Positions 29,291-39,674 of a DNA stretch of 64,000 nucleotides are shown here, piece after piece. The position numbers were made by a program, and so were the translations under genes. The stretch comes from an uncultured Parabacteroides sp. (GTDB lineage Bacteria > Bacteroidota > Bacteroidia > Bacteroidales > Tannerellaceae). The first letter of the stretch is position 1; every line of letters starts with the position of its first letter. The stretch spans positions 2,428-66,427 of the forward strand of contig CASEGC010000019.1 of NCBI GenBank assembly GCA_949287365.1, given 5' to 3'. The notes below the pieces were generated by a model, which saw only the letters and a program-made list of their open reading frames with translations, was not told where the DNA came from and did not search any database.

Positions 29291-30964
29291 ATGTACAGCG
29301 ATAAGAAAAATATACTTCAACTGGCCTCTTTACTGATAGAGCATGGCATAAGCAATGTCGTATTTTGTCCGGGTAGTCGGAACGCTCCGATTGTCCATAC
29401 ATTGGCCAATCACTCGTTTTTCAATTGCCATTCCGTGACAGACGAACGCAGCGCTGGATTCTTCGCCTTGGGCCTGGCGTTGCACGGAGGTAAACCGGCC
29501 GCCATTTGCTGCACATCCGGAACCGCGTTACTGAACATACATCCGGCGGTGGCGGAAGCTTTCTACCAGGAAGTGCCGTTAGTGGTCATTTCCGCGGACC
29601 GTCCCACCGCATGGATAGGGCAAATGGACGGACAAACATTGCCTCAACCCGGCGTGTTCGGTTCATTGGTGAAAAAGTCCGTACATCTGCCCGAAATCCA
29701 TACCGAACAAGATGAATGGTATTGCAACCGGCTAATCAACGAGGCCTTGCTGGAATTGAACCATCATGGAAAAGGACCGGTACATATCAATGTCCCCATA
29801 TCCGAACCCTTATATCAATTCACGACTCCGGAACTTCCGAAAGTCCGGGTCATCACCCGCTACCAAGGCTTGAACGTGTATGACCGGAAGTACGACGACC
29901 TGATAGAACGTCTAAACAAGTACAGTAAACGAATGGTCATAGCGGGCCAAATGAGCCTGATTTACCTGTTCGAGAAAAAGATATGCAAACTTCTCTATAA
30001 ACATTTCGTATGGTTGAGCGAGCACATCGGAAACCGAATCGTCCCCGGATTGCCAATCAAGAATTTTGACGCAATTTTGTATGCCTCCACGGAAGAGGAA
30101 CGGGAAAAACTAACACCCGAAATCGTCATCACTTATGGTGGACACGTCGTTTCCAAACGCTTAAAAGAATTCTTACGCAAACATCCTCCCAAAGAGCATT
30201 GGCACGTCTCGTTAAAAGGAGAAGTGGTGGATTTGTTTGGTTGCCTTACCACGGTAATCGAAATGGACCCGTTCGAATTCTTGGAGAAAATAGCCTATCT
30301 GTTAGAGAACAAGCAGGTGGAATATCCGAAGGCATGGGAATACAAATCCAAGAATATTCCCGAACCTGTATTCGTTTACTCGGAAATGGCGGCAATCGGG
30401 CAATTGCTCCATTCGCTCCCCGAGGAATCCGCCTTACATTTAGGAAACAGCTCGGCGGTACGTTATGCCCAACTGTATTCCATTCCTAACTCCGTAGAGG
30501 TTTGTTGTAATCGAGGGACAAGCGGGATAGAGGGCTCCCTGTCTACCGCTATCGGATACGCTTCTGCGTCGCGGAAACTAAATTTTATCGTGATTGGAGA
30601 CTTGAGTTTCTTTTACGACATGAATGCGCTATGGAACAAGTATTCGCATAACAACCTCCGCATACTTCTCCTTAACAACGAAGGAGGAGAGATTTTTCAA
30701 TCGATTCCGGGATTTGAGGTGAATGAACGTACCCGCAGGTTTGTCACGGCACCTCACCAAACATCGGCGAGTGGCTGGGCGAAAGAGAGAGGTTTCTCCT
30801 ATCTCGCCGTACACGATAACGAGGAATTAGAGACCGCAATGCGCACTTTTACCCAAACCGAACAGCCTACCGAATTTCCAATTTTAGTAGAGGTATTCAC
30901 GGATAAAACGGAAGACATACGATTGCTCAAAGAATATTATCATGGACTTAAAAATAAATCATAA
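29291..30964 (+). CDS. menD: SEPHCHC synthase
   Basis: [46 protein letters not shown]. Confidence 0.95.
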   Translation: MYSDKKNILQLASLLIEHGISNVVFCPGSRNAPIVHTLANHSFFNCHSVTDERSAGFFALGLALHGGKPAAICCTSGTALLNIHPAVAEAFYQEVPLVVISADRPTAWIGQMDGQTLPQPGVFGSLVKKSVHLPEIHTEQDEWYCNRLINEALLELNHHGKGPVHINVPISEPLYQFTTPELPKVRVITRYQGLNVYDRKYDDLIERLNKYSKRMVIAGQMSLIYLFEKKICKLLYKHFVWLSEHIGNRIVPGLPIKNFDAILYASTEEEREKLTPEIVITYGGHVVSKRLKEFLRKHPPKEHWHVSLKGEVVDLFGCLTTVIEMDPFEFLEKIAYLLENKQVEYPKAWEYKSKNIPEPVFVYSEMAAIGQLLHSLPEESALHLGNSSAVRYAQLYSIPNSVEVCCNRGTSGIEGSLSTAIGYASASRKLNFIVIGDLSFFYDMNALWNKYSHNNLRILLLNNEGGEIFQSIPGFEVNERTRRFVTAPHQTSASGWAKERGFSYLAVHDNEELETAMRTFTQTEQPTEFPILVEVFTDKTEDIRLLKEYYHGLKNKS

Positions 30965-30974
30965 ATTGTAATCA

Positions 30975-31793
30975 ATGGAAAGGAATTGGACAACTATCAA
31001 AGAATACGAGGATATATTATTCGATTTCTATAACGGAATAGCGAGAATCACGATTAACAGGGAACGATACCGCAACGCATTCACGCCTACCACGACCACC
31101 GAGATGAGCGACGCGTTCTATATTTGCAGGGAACGTCCGGACATTAACGTGGTCGTATTGACCGGAGCGGGCGACAAAGCGTTTTGCTCGGGAGGCGATA
31201 TGCACGTGAAAGGTCGCGGAGGCTATGTCGGCAAGGATGGCGTACCTCGGTTGAACGTATTGGACGTGCAAAAACAAATCCGCTCCTTGCCGAAACCGGT
31301 TATCGCCGCGGTGAACGGGTTCGCTATCGGCGGCGGGCATGTGCTCCATGTCGTTTGCGACTTGACAATCGCTTCCGAGAACGCCATCTTCGGACAGACA
31401 GGACCGCGTGTGGGTAGTTTCGACGCGGGATTCGGCTCCTCTTATCTAGCCCGCATCGTAGGACAGAAAAAAGCGAGAGAGATATGGTTCCTCTGCCGGA
31501 AATATAACGCGCGGGAAGCGTTGGAAATGGGTCTGGTGAACAAGGTAGTCCCGCTCGATAAATTGGAAGACGAGTACGTGGAATGGGCGGAAGAGATGAT
31601 GCGGCTCAGCCCATTGGCGTTACGCATGATCAAAGCGGGCTTGAACGCCGAGCTGGACGGGCAAGCCGGAATCCAGGAATTGGCGGGCGACGCCACGATG
31701 CTGTATTACATGACCGACGAGGCGCAAGAGGGAGGAAAGGCTTTCTTGGAAAAACGACACCCTCGTTTTGAGGATTATCCTAAATTTCCATAA
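30975..31793 (+). CDS. menB: 1,4-dihydroxy-2-naphthoyl-CoA synthase
   Basis: [46 protein letters not shown]. Confidence 0.97.
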   Translation: MERNWTTIKEYEDILFDFYNGIARITINRERYRNAFTPTTTTEMSDAFYICRERPDINVVVLTGAGDKAFCSGGDMHVKGRGGYVGKDGVPRLNVLDVQKQIRSLPKPVIAAVNGFAIGGGHVLHVVCDLTIASENAIFGQTGPRVGSFDAGFGSSYLARIVGQKKAREIWFLCRKYNAREALEMGLVNKVVPLDKLEDEYVEWAEEMMRLSPLALRMIKAGLNAELDGQAGIQELAGDATMLYYMTDEAQEGGKAFLEKRHPRFEDYPKFP

Positions 31794-31805
31794 ACAACTG
31801 ACCTC

Positions 31806-32882
31806 ATGAATTACCGAACAAGAATAATCCCGAAATTATTGCGCTTCAAACAACCGGCGGGAACTTCCAGAGGGGTTTACACGACGAGGAAATCATGGTA
31901 CGTCCTCTTATCGGCGGAAGAGAGACCGGGCGTTTGGGGCATCGGGGAATGCGCCCCACTCCCGGCTCTCAGTTGCGATGATTTGCCGGATTATGAGCAG
32001 GTCTTGCAGAAAGCGACCGAAGATTTGAAACAACGAGGCTTTCTCGACATAGAGGCCCTACGCCCTTATCCTTCCATACTATTCGGTTTGGAAACGGCCA
32101 TGCGCCATCTGGATAAAGCGAGTTGGACTCTATGGGACACGCCTTTTTCGAGAGGAGAGAAAGGCATTCCCATCAACGGGTTGATATGGATGGGGAATTA
32201 CAAGGAGATGCTGGAACGAATCGAGGTCAAGATACGGATGGGCTTCCGTTGTGTCAAACTGAAAATCGGAGCGATAGGGTTCGAGGAGGAATTGAAGCTG
32301 CTAAAACATATCCGCTCCCATTTCTCCGCCCGCGAGATAGAGCTTCGTGTGGACGCAAACGGCGCTTTCACACCCGAAGAGGCCTTGGAGAAACTCCACC
32401 GCTTGGCCGAGTTGGACTTGCACTCGATTGAGCAGCCCATACGGGCGGGGCAATGGGAAGAGATGGTCCGGTTGACGCGAGAATCTCCCTTGCCTATCGT
32501 TTTGGACGAGGAACTTATCGGCCATAACCAACCGGAAGACAAGCGGAAACTGTTGGAGACCATCCGCCCGCGGTACATTATATTAAAGCCATCCCTGCAT
32601 GGCAGTCTTTCCGGCTGCGCCGAGTGGATTCGATTGGCGGAGCAAGTATTGGGGAGTACGGCGGAACATCCCGCATGGTGGATTACCTCCGCGTTGGAGT
32701 CCAATATCGGTCTGAACGCCATCGCGCAATGGTGCGCCACGTTCGAGAATCCATTGCCGCAAGGATTAGGGACAGGTTTGTTGTTCACGGACAACGTGAA
32801 CCTGCCTTTGACCATCCGAAAGGATTGCCTTTGGTTTCAGCCTCAAGGCTCATTCCCCGATTTAAAAGAAATAGAAGTATGA
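31806..32882 (+). CDS. menC: o-succinylbenzoate synthase
   Basis: Enolase superfamily KLKIG, RVDANG, SIEQP, LDEEL, ILKP, SALES. Confidence 0.9.
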   Translation: MNYRTRIIPKLLRFKQPAGTSRGVYTTRKSWYVLLSAEERPGVWGIGECAPLPALSCDDLPDYEQVLQKATEDLKQRGFLDIEALRPYPSILFGLETAMRHLDKASWTLWDTPFSRGEKGIPINGLIWMGNYKEMLERIEVKIRMGFRCVKLKIGAIGFEEELKLLKHIRSHFSAREIELRVDANGAFTPEEALEKLHRLAELDLHSIEQPIRAGQWEEMVRLTRESPLPIVLDEELIGHNQPEDKRKLLETIRPRYIILKPSLHGSLSGCAEWIRLAEQVLGSTAEHPAWWITSALESNIGLNAIAQWCATFENPLPQGLGTGLLFTDNVNLPLTIRKDCLWFQPQGSFPDLKEIEV

Positions 32883-33979
32883 CAAGCCTGCGTTATCACA
32901 TGGATAGGGAGCGGCAGCGATTGACGCTGGAGGGCGTCACCTACCGCGGGAAAGAGCTTCACCTCATCAAGGAGAAGGCGGAACGGGAGTCCTCCGGTTT
33001 CCTGATGGACCTTTATCTCTTCCTGAAAGACTGGTTCGACGACTCCCCGACCATCCAAGTACACACCTCCGGCTCCACCGGACAGCCGAAAACGCTGACC
33101 GTCCAAAAAGAACGGATGCTCCAAAGCGCGCGAATCACCTGCGAGTTCCTGCGTCTCCAACAAGGAGACAAGACGTTGCTATGCATGCCGCTTCAATACA
33201 TCGCGGGGAAAATGCTTGTCGTCCGGGCGTTGGTGGCCGGGCTGGACCTGATTCTCCGTACGCCTTCCGGACATCCTTTGGCGGATGGGGAGGGCACGCC
33301 CCTACGTTTCGCCGCGATGATACCGTTGCAAGTTTATAATACGCTGCGAGTAAAGGAAGAACGGGAACGGTTAGAGCGCATGGACATCCTCATCATCGGA
33401 GGTGGCGCCATCGACACGGCGTTAGAGGAAGAGATACGGCAAATGCCCAACACGGTTTACTCCACTTACGGGATGACGGAAACCCTCTCGCACGTCGCGC
33501 TGCGGCGACTGAACGGTCCGGAGGCATCGGCCTATTATACGCCTTTCCCGTCGGTGAAAATCTCCTTGTCGCCGGAAGATACGCTTATCATAGACGCACC
33601 ATTGGTCTGCGAGGAGCGGCTGGAGACCAACGACATCGCCCGTATCCAACCAAATGGGAGCTTCATGATACTCGGAAGGAAAGACAATATCATCAACAGC
33701 GGGGGAATCAAGATACAAATCGAGGAGGTGGAAAAAAGGCTCCGCCCCCATCTCGCCGGGCCTTTCGCCATCACCTCCGTGCCCGACGCGAAGTTTGGCG
33801 AGGCGGTGGTCTTGCTGGCGACCGCCCATTGCCCCGCGAGCGTGGAAGAGCTTCTGCCTAAGTACCAACGCCCCAAACGCGTCCTGCGGGTGGAGGCGAT
33901 TCCCCTGACCGGAAGCGGCAAGATAGACCGCCCCGCCTGCCGTGCGTTGGCGGAACGGCTTTTGGGAAGCGACGGATGA
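32879..33979 (+). CDS. menE: o-succinylbenzoate-CoA ligase (short Bacteroidetes form)
   Basis: ATGA overlap with menC; TSGSTGQPK, YGMTET, GRKDNIINSGG, SGKIDR. Confidence 0.88.
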   Translation: MTSLRYHMDRERQRLTLEGVTYRGKELHLIKEKAERESSGFLMDLYLFLKDWFDDSPTIQVHTSGSTGQPKTLTVQKERMLQSARITCEFLRLQQGDKTLLCMPLQYIAGKMLVVRALVAGLDLILRTPSGHPLADGEGTPLRFAAMIPLQVYNTLRVKEERERLERMDILIIGGGAIDTALEEEIRQMPNTVYSTYGMTETLSHVALRRLNGPEASAYYTPFPSVKISLSPEDTLIIDAPLVCEERLETNDIARIQPNGSFMILGRKDNIINSGGIKIQIEEVEKRLRPHLAGPFAITSVPDAKFGEAVVLLATAHCPASVEELLPKYQRPKRVLRVEAIPLTGSGKIDRPACRALAERLLGSDG

Positions 33980-33991
33980 GCGGTGACCCCG

Positions 33992-34130
33992 CGGCGAGGG
34001 CTCGGCAGCGACAAAATACGTTTTTCCGCGCCCGGCGAGGGGTCGCCAACGACGGGAAACGCTTTCCCGCACCTTCCGAGGGGTCGCCAACGACGGGAAA
34101 CGCTTTCCCGTGTCCGGCGAGGGGTCGCCG
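33992..34130. repeat. 41-bp tandem repeat (~3.4 units), each unit with two short palindromes
   Basis: CGAGGG starts at 33995, 34036, 34077, 34118; unit cggcgaggggtcgccaacgacgggaaacgctttcccgcacc (GGCGA/TCGCC and CGGGAAA/TTTCCCG). Confidence 0.88.
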
Positions 34131-34178
34131 GAGGCCAAAAAGAGACAAATAGACGTTTAACATTATATTTTATCGCTT

Positions 34179-36098
34179 ATGATAAGAAGATTTATGACCA
34201 TCGCGGCCATTTCCCTATCGCTCACTCCCGCCGCCCGCGGGCAGGAAGCCGTAAAGGGATACGACCGCGTCACGCTATTGGACAGCACCTCCGTGACGAT
34301 ACAGCCCTCAGGTTCCGGCGCGTTCGTCATACACAAGGCGTTCAAGGTGCAGACCCCGCGTGGAGCCATGGACAGCCGGGTCATCAAGTTTGATTACGAC
34401 CCGCTGACGGCCCACGCCGAGTTCCGCTACGCCACGGTCTACCGGGCGAACGGCGATGTCATCAACCTCGATGTCACCGAGACTCGCGACTACGCCGCTC
34501 CCGCCCGGGCGATTTATTGGGGCGCACGGCAAATCATGCTGGAAATCGGGCGTTTGAGCCCGGGCGATATCGTCGAGTACGAAATCGCCAAGAAAGGTTT
34601 CACCTACGCTTTGCTGGCCTCCGACGACGAGGAGCGTTTCATCCCGCCCATGCGGGGGCAATTTTACGACATCGTCCCTTTCTGGGTGACGGAACCTACC
34701 CTGCGAAAAGTCTATCGGGTCTCCCTACCGATGGAGAAGGAACTGCAGTTCCAGTTCTATCAGGGCGAATGCGCCTCCTCGCTCCGCTACGAGGAAGGAC
34801 GGAAGATTTACACTTTCGCCTCCGACGACATCCTGCCGTTCGAGAAAGAGCCGAACATGGTGGACCTGTTCGACGCAGCGCCGAAGCTGATGATGTCCAG
34901 CACGCCCCGCTGGGAGGACAAATCCTTATGGTTTAACAAGGTCAACGAGGACTACGGCAGTTTCGACGCCATCCCTGAGGCCCAAAAGAAGGTGGACGAG
35001 CTGCTCAAGGGGAAAAAAGGCGAGATGGAGAAGATAGCCGCCCTCACCCACTGGGTGGCCGACAACATCCGCTACTCCGGCATCTCCATGGGCAAGGGCG
35101 AAGGCTACACGCTGCATAACCTGAAGATGAACTACACGGACCGTTGCGGCGTTTGCAAGGACATCGCCGGCACGCTTATCGCCTTCCTGCGCATGGCGGG
35201 CTTCGAGGCTTATCCGGCCATGACCATGGCGGGCAGCCGCGTGGAGAGCATCCCCGCCGACCATTTCAACCACTGCGTGGCGGTCGTAAAACTCTCGGAC
35301 GGCACCTATATGCCGCTCGACCCCACGTGGGTCCCCTTCTGCCGCGAGCTGTGGAGCAGCGCCGAGCAACAACAAAACTATCTGCCCGGCGTGCCGGAAG
35401 GCTCGGACCTACGCATGACTCCGCTCTCCGCGCCAGAGAACCATTATGTTCGCATCCACGCCGATAACCGGCTGGACGAGGCGGGAACGCTGCGGGGACG
35501 GTTCACCATCACCGCCGAGGGACAATCCGACAGCAATATCCGCCGCATATTCACGACCGGTTGGCGTTCGGACTGGGAGAACACGTTGGAGAAGCAGTTG
35601 CTGGCCGTTTCGCCAAACGCCAAGCTGCTCCGCGTGGATTACGGGAAAGACCCCAAGGATTATCAGGCGGCCCCGATACGGATTACCTTCTCGTACGAGA
35701 TTCCAGATTACGCCATCATCGCCGGCGACCAAATGCTGTTCAAGCCCCTCGTCATGAACAATCTCTACAATCAGGTGAAGAGTTTCTTACGCGTCGACAT
35801 CACGCCCGACATCCGTCTTTATGGTTTCAAGGACGCCTGCTCGCGACTCGTCGAGCAGGAGGAGACCATCCGCCTGCCCAAAGGCTATACGCTGGTGAGC
35901 GACACCAAGGCGGACCATCTGGAAAGCGACGCCGCCGATTTCGAAGGCTCCCTGTCGCTGGAGAAGGGACAGGACATCGTCTTACGCCAACGCTTGACGC
36001 TGAAAAAGCGGGTCTACGAGGCATCGGACTGGGAAGGCTTCCGCTCGGCCGTCAACGCGTATAAAGATTATAGCGACTATTTAATCATCAAGAAATGA
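34179..36098 (+). CDS. Secreted DUF3857 + transglutaminase-like domain protein
   Basis: Signal peptide; WVADNIRYSG, GVCKD (Cys), FNHC (His), LDPT (Asp). Confidence 0.85.
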   Translation: MIRRFMTIAAISLSLTPAARGQEAVKGYDRVTLLDSTSVTIQPSGSGAFVIHKAFKVQTPRGAMDSRVIKFDYDPLTAHAEFRYATVYRANGDVINLDVTETRDYAAPARAIYWGARQIMLEIGRLSPGDIVEYEIAKKGFTYALLASDDEERFIPPMRGQFYDIVPFWVTEPTLRKVYRVSLPMEKELQFQFYQGECASSLRYEEGRKIYTFASDDILPFEKEPNMVDLFDAAPKLMMSSTPRWEDKSLWFNKVNEDYGSFDAIPEAQKKVDELLKGKKGEMEKIAALTHWVADNIRYSGISMGKGEGYTLHNLKMNYTDRCGVCKDIAGTLIAFLRMAGFEAYPAMTMAGSRVESIPADHFNHCVAVVKLSDGTYMPLDPTWVPFCRELWSSAEQQQNYLPGVPEGSDLRMTPLSAPENHYVRIHADNRLDEAGTLRGRFTITAEGQSDSNIRRIFTTGWRSDWENTLEKQLLAVSPNAKLLRVDYGKDPKDYQAAPIRITFSYEIPDYAIIAGDQMLFKPLVMNNLYNQVKSFLRVDITPDIRLYGFKDACSRLVEQEETIRLPKGYTLVSDTKADHLESDAADFEGSLSLEKGQDIVLRQRLTLKKRVYEASDWEGFRSAVNAYKDYSDYLIIKK

Positions 36099-37720
36099 AA
36101 CGAGAGAACATGAAAAAGATAAGACACAAACTGCTACTTTTCTTCGGCTTACTCATCCTGACGGCTTCCGCCTTCGCCGTGTCGCCGGAAGCCGAGTATG
36201 GCAAGTTGTCCAAGACATGGACATGGTATGCCGACGGCAGTCAGGAATATCACCGCTATATGGAGTTGACCCTCTTCACGCACACGGCGATGAACAGTAC
36301 GTACGGCGAGAGTTTCATCGTCTATAACCCCGACTACCAAAAGGTGATTATCCATTCCGCATACACGAGGCAGAAGGACGGCACGATTATCAAGGCACCC
36401 GACAACGCCTTCGTGGAGGTCCTTCCCCGCTTCGCCGCCGACGCGCCCGCCTACAACGGGCTGAAAGAGATGGTTGTCGTGCATACCGGACTCGAATTGG
36501 GAGCGACGATTTATCTGGATTATTCCATCCTTACGAAGCCAGGTTATTATCCGGCGTTGGACATCGACGAGCGGCTGCAAGAGACCTCGCCCGTGCGGGA
36601 ATATACGGTAAACCTATTCACCCCGATGGACAAGCCTATCCGCTGGCGAATCTACGGCAGCGACGCGAAGGTTTCGGAAACCACCGCCGAGGGAACGCGA
36701 AAGCTCCAATGGACGCTGCGCAACGTGCCAGCCGCCTCCCGCGAGCCGTTCCAGCCCCAAAATCAGGACGGCACGCCGCGTTTGGTCGCGTCCGGCTACG
36801 CGTCCCTCAAAGACGCGCTGACACTATTGGCGGAACGTTTCGAGGCGTCGGTAAGCTACGAGAGCGAGACTTTCGGCCCCTACCTCACGGAGAAAGCCGC
36901 CAACGACGAGGAGAAGGTGAGAATCCTCCAAGAGCACGTGGCGAGGAACATGGGCTACAGCGCCGTGTCGCTCATCCACACGGGATTCACGCTCAGGGAC
37001 GTAGACGAGGCATTGCGCTCGGCCTACGGCACGCTGGCGGAGAAAACCCAGTTGCTCAACGCCATGCTGAACGCCGCTGGCATTCCCTCGGAGGTAGTGG
37101 CCGTCTACCCGGGCTATCCGGATAGCGAGGTCCTCGGACTGACCGCCATCAAGGACTTGGCGGTAAAGGCGACCATCGACGGGCAAACGCGCTTCCTCTC
37201 GGCGGTCAGCCTCTCGCCCGCCTCCCTGACCCGCCGCGGCGAGCTGGACAAGGTGTACGCCTTGGACGGGACGTCCATCAACGTAAAGGCGGAGCCGTTC
37301 ATCGTCAAGGAAGACATCGCCGTAAGCGTTTCCGCGGCGGAGGCGAAAAACGGCTTCGTCGTCCTTACCCTACCCGCGGCGGCGAAAGGCCTCGACACTT
37401 GGGGTATGGAGACGCTGAACAGCCGACGCGCCCGCCCGTTCGAGCTGCCCGCCTCGCTGAAAGAGGAAATCACCTACAAGCTCGCGGTGGCGGAAGGATT
37501 GACCCTGTGGACACCGATGGAGGAGACGGTCGTGGAGAATCCGTGCGGGAAGGTGACACGGACAATCACCGCGGAGGACGATGGCATCCGTGTGACCCGC
37601 CGCGTCGAGTTGGACAAGCTCCAATACTCTCCCGCCGAATATCCCACCCTCCGCGAACTAATCAACGAGTGGACAGACCCCAACAACCGGGTTTTGCTAT
37701 TCTCTCTCCCGGAAATTTGA
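36095..37720 (+). CDS. Secreted DUF3857-type protein with degenerate transglutaminase-like domain
   Basis: Signal peptide, HTGLELGATIYLDY; GTLAEKTQLL...MLNAAGIP in place of catalytic GxCKD. Confidence 0.78.
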   Translation: MKRENMKKIRHKLLLFFGLLILTASAFAVSPEAEYGKLSKTWTWYADGSQEYHRYMELTLFTHTAMNSTYGESFIVYNPDYQKVIIHSAYTRQKDGTIIKAPDNAFVEVLPRFAADAPAYNGLKEMVVVHTGLELGATIYLDYSILTKPGYYPALDIDERLQETSPVREYTVNLFTPMDKPIRWRIYGSDAKVSETTAEGTRKLQWTLRNVPAASREPFQPQNQDGTPRLVASGYASLKDALTLLAERFEASVSYESETFGPYLTEKAANDEEKVRILQEHVARNMGYSAVSLIHTGFTLRDVDEALRSAYGTLAEKTQLLNAMLNAAGIPSEVVAVYPGYPDSEVLGLTAIKDLAVKATIDGQTRFLSAVSLSPASLTRRGELDKVYALDGTSINVKAEPFIVKEDIAVSVSAAEAKNGFVVLTLPAAAKGLDTWGMETLNSRRARPFELPASLKEEITYKLAVAEGLTLWTPMEETVVENPCGKVTRTITAEDDGIRVTRRVELDKLQYSPAEYPTLRELINEWTDPNNRVLLFSLPEI

Positions 37721-37746
37721 CAAAACCAAACGTTCTTCATTCACTT

Positions 37747-37795
37747 TTTCCTCCCGATTTCGCGAAATTGTCTGTCTCGTGAAATCGGGAGGAAA
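37747..37795. terminator. Long stem-loop downstream of DUF3857 pair
   Basis: tttcctcccgatttcgcga / tcgtgaaatcgggaggaaa. Confidence 0.7.
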
Positions 37796-37804
37796 TGTTT
37801 ATTT

Positions 37805-38084
37805 AACGTGAGTCCGATATAAGAGAAAAAGGAAAAAGGTGGGACAAAAAACCTCGAACCCTATAGGAAAAAGTTCGCCGCATACCGGGAAATTCTCTAT
37901 CTTTAGCCTAAAGATACATATCTGCAGTCTAAAGATACATATCTTTAACCTAAAGATATATATCCGCAGCCTAAAGATAGACTTTTCTCCGTGGTGTTCC
38001 CAACTTTTCCCGCCGGCTTTCCAAGTTTTCTTCCCGGCTATCGAACTTTTTCTCCCTATCCGTTTTTTATATCGGACTCACCTC
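37805..38084 (-). repeat. Palindrome-array element copy 4 (core 37896-37981), wholly reversed, with inverted ends
   Basis: Ends aacgtgagtccgatataa (37805-37822) and ttatatcggactcacctc (38067-38084); arms are reverse complements of copy 2 arms. Confidence 0.95.
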
Positions 38085-38184
38085 AAAAAAACGCGGGCCT
38101 TACGCGGCAAGATTATGGGCTACACATTTCTTCGCGCTTAAACGAATTACGCATATCTTTGTAGGACTTAAAAACAAATTAAAA

Positions 38185-38688
38185 ATGTTTACGATAAAAA
38201 AAGCGACAATCGATGACCGTTTTCTCATCCATGACCTTGCCTCGCGAGTTTGGGAAAACACGTATGGAAAAATTCTTTCGAAAGAGCAGTTGGATTATAT
38301 GTTCGAGATGATGTACGCTCCGGGAAATCTCCTCAAGCAGATGGAAGAGTGGCATCACCAGTTTTTCATCATCTCGGCCGATGGCGTTCCCGCCGGTTAT
38401 CTGTCCATCGAGAAGACGGACGAGAACACTTACAATTTCCAGAAGATATACTCGGTTCCGGAGGCGCATGGCACGGGCATCGGACGTTTCATCATCGAAC
38501 AAGGCGTGAACTACCTGAAAGAGATACATCCGGGTCCTTTCACCGTCGAACTGTACGTGAATAGATATAATCCCGCCGTGGGTTTCTACGAGCACATGGG
38601 ATTGCGTAAAATCGCCACCCGCGACCACAACATCGGCAACGGCTACTACATGAACGATTACATCATGGCGATGGACGTGAACAACTAA
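38185..38688 (+). CDS. GNAT-family N-acetyltransferase
   Basis: KIYSVPEAHGTGIGR, LYVNRYNPAVGFYEHMG, MNDYIM. Confidence 0.9.
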   Translation: MFTIKKATIDDRFLIHDLASRVWENTYGKILSKEQLDYMFEMMYAPGNLLKQMEEWHHQFFIISADGVPAGYLSIEKTDENTYNFQKIYSVPEAHGTGIGRFIIEQGVNYLKEIHPGPFTVELYVNRYNPAVGFYEHMGLRKIATRDHNIGNGYYMNDYIMAMDVNN

Positions 38689-38693
38689 ACGGG

Positions 38694-39674
38694 TCAATTC
38701 CCGGAGACGACCCAAGCAGGATTATGCACCTTCGTATTGGGCGTCTTGTAATACATCTCTTCCTTCAAAGGAATACGCAAGGTATAACGTTTGCCTCCCG
38801 TCACCAACTTACGGTCGCGAAGCCAAGGATTGAAACGTTTCAAGTCGGCGTACGTGATTCCTTGTTCCTTGGCGAACCTCGCCAAGTCCGGGATATCACG
38901 CTCCACCTCCACGCTTTTAGTTCCGATAGGCTTATACAAATCGCGGATGCGAACGACAAAACCGTATTTAGAAGGATTCTCAAAAATCTGTTTAATCGCC
39001 ATGATACGGTAGACATAGCGGGTCGTCTCCTCCACCAGCCAAAGGTCGAACGAGGTCGAGGCATCTTGTTTCCTCAATTCCCCGGAAATACGGCCCATGC
39101 CGGCGTTATACGCAGCCGCCACCGAAGGCCAATCACCATATTTCTCGAATGCCTTTTTCAGGTAACGGCAAGCCGCTTGGGTCGATTTCTCCACATGGCA
39201 ACGCTCATCCACCGTGGAAGTGACCGTCAAGCCGAAATCCCTTGCGGTCCCCTCCATAAACTGCCACATCCCGACAGCCCTTGCGGAAGAAGTCGCCCGA
39301 GGGTCCAAATGACTTTCTATCACGGCGAGGTATTTGAAATCGTCCGGAATACCGTTTTCTTTCAAGATAGGCTCGATTATCGGGAAATACCGGTTCGCCC
39401 TTTTGATAAGCAGCAACGTGGTGGAATGGAAATAGGTAAAACTGCTCAATTCCCTATCGAACGCCTCTCTCATGTTGTAACGGGTAATATCGATCAGTTT
39501 ACCACAGAAAGAGACCGCGGCAGGAATCTCAGGAGAGACAGTCAGCGATGAGACGACCGGACGTGAGTCTTTCAATTTCTCTGCGTCTCCCGAACCCATC
39601 GATATACAAGCCGTCAAGCATATCGCTCCGCCACACAAAAAACTGACCAAATTATTCTTGGATATTCTCATCAT
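38694..39674 (-). CDS. Lytic transglycosylase (SLT/MltD-like)
   Basis: YLAVIES, AVGMWQFM, AAAYNAG, ETTRYV, FNPWLR. Confidence 0.9.
   Translation of the reverse strand: MMRISKNNLVSFLCGGAICLTACISMGSGDAEKLKDSRPVVSSLTVSPEIPAAVSFCGKLIDITRYNMREAFDRELSSFTYFHSTTLLLIKRANRYFPIIEPILKENGIPDDFKYLAVIESHLDPRATSSARAVGMWQFMEGTARDFGLTVTSTVDERCHVEKSTQAACRYLKKAFEKYGDWPSVAAAYNAGMGRISGELRKQDASTSFDLWLVEETTRYVYRIMAIKQIFENPSKYGFVVRIRDLYKPIGTKSVEVERDIPDLARFAKEQGITYADLKRFNPWLRDRKLVTGGKRYTLRIPLKEEMYYKTPNTKVHNPAWVVSGN

Noticed and set aside
32624-32878. N-terminal extension of menE in the ORF track (likewise extensions for 5880, 6301, 50456, 53091)
   Set aside because: Overlap upstream genes or promoters; internal ATGs give better starts (32879, 5967, 6325, 50216, 52932)
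33992-34130. 41-bp tandem as a mini-CRISPR, and ORFs 33983-34393 / 33858-34163
   Set aside because: Variable segment only ~7 bp; ORFs are repeat read-through overlapping real genes
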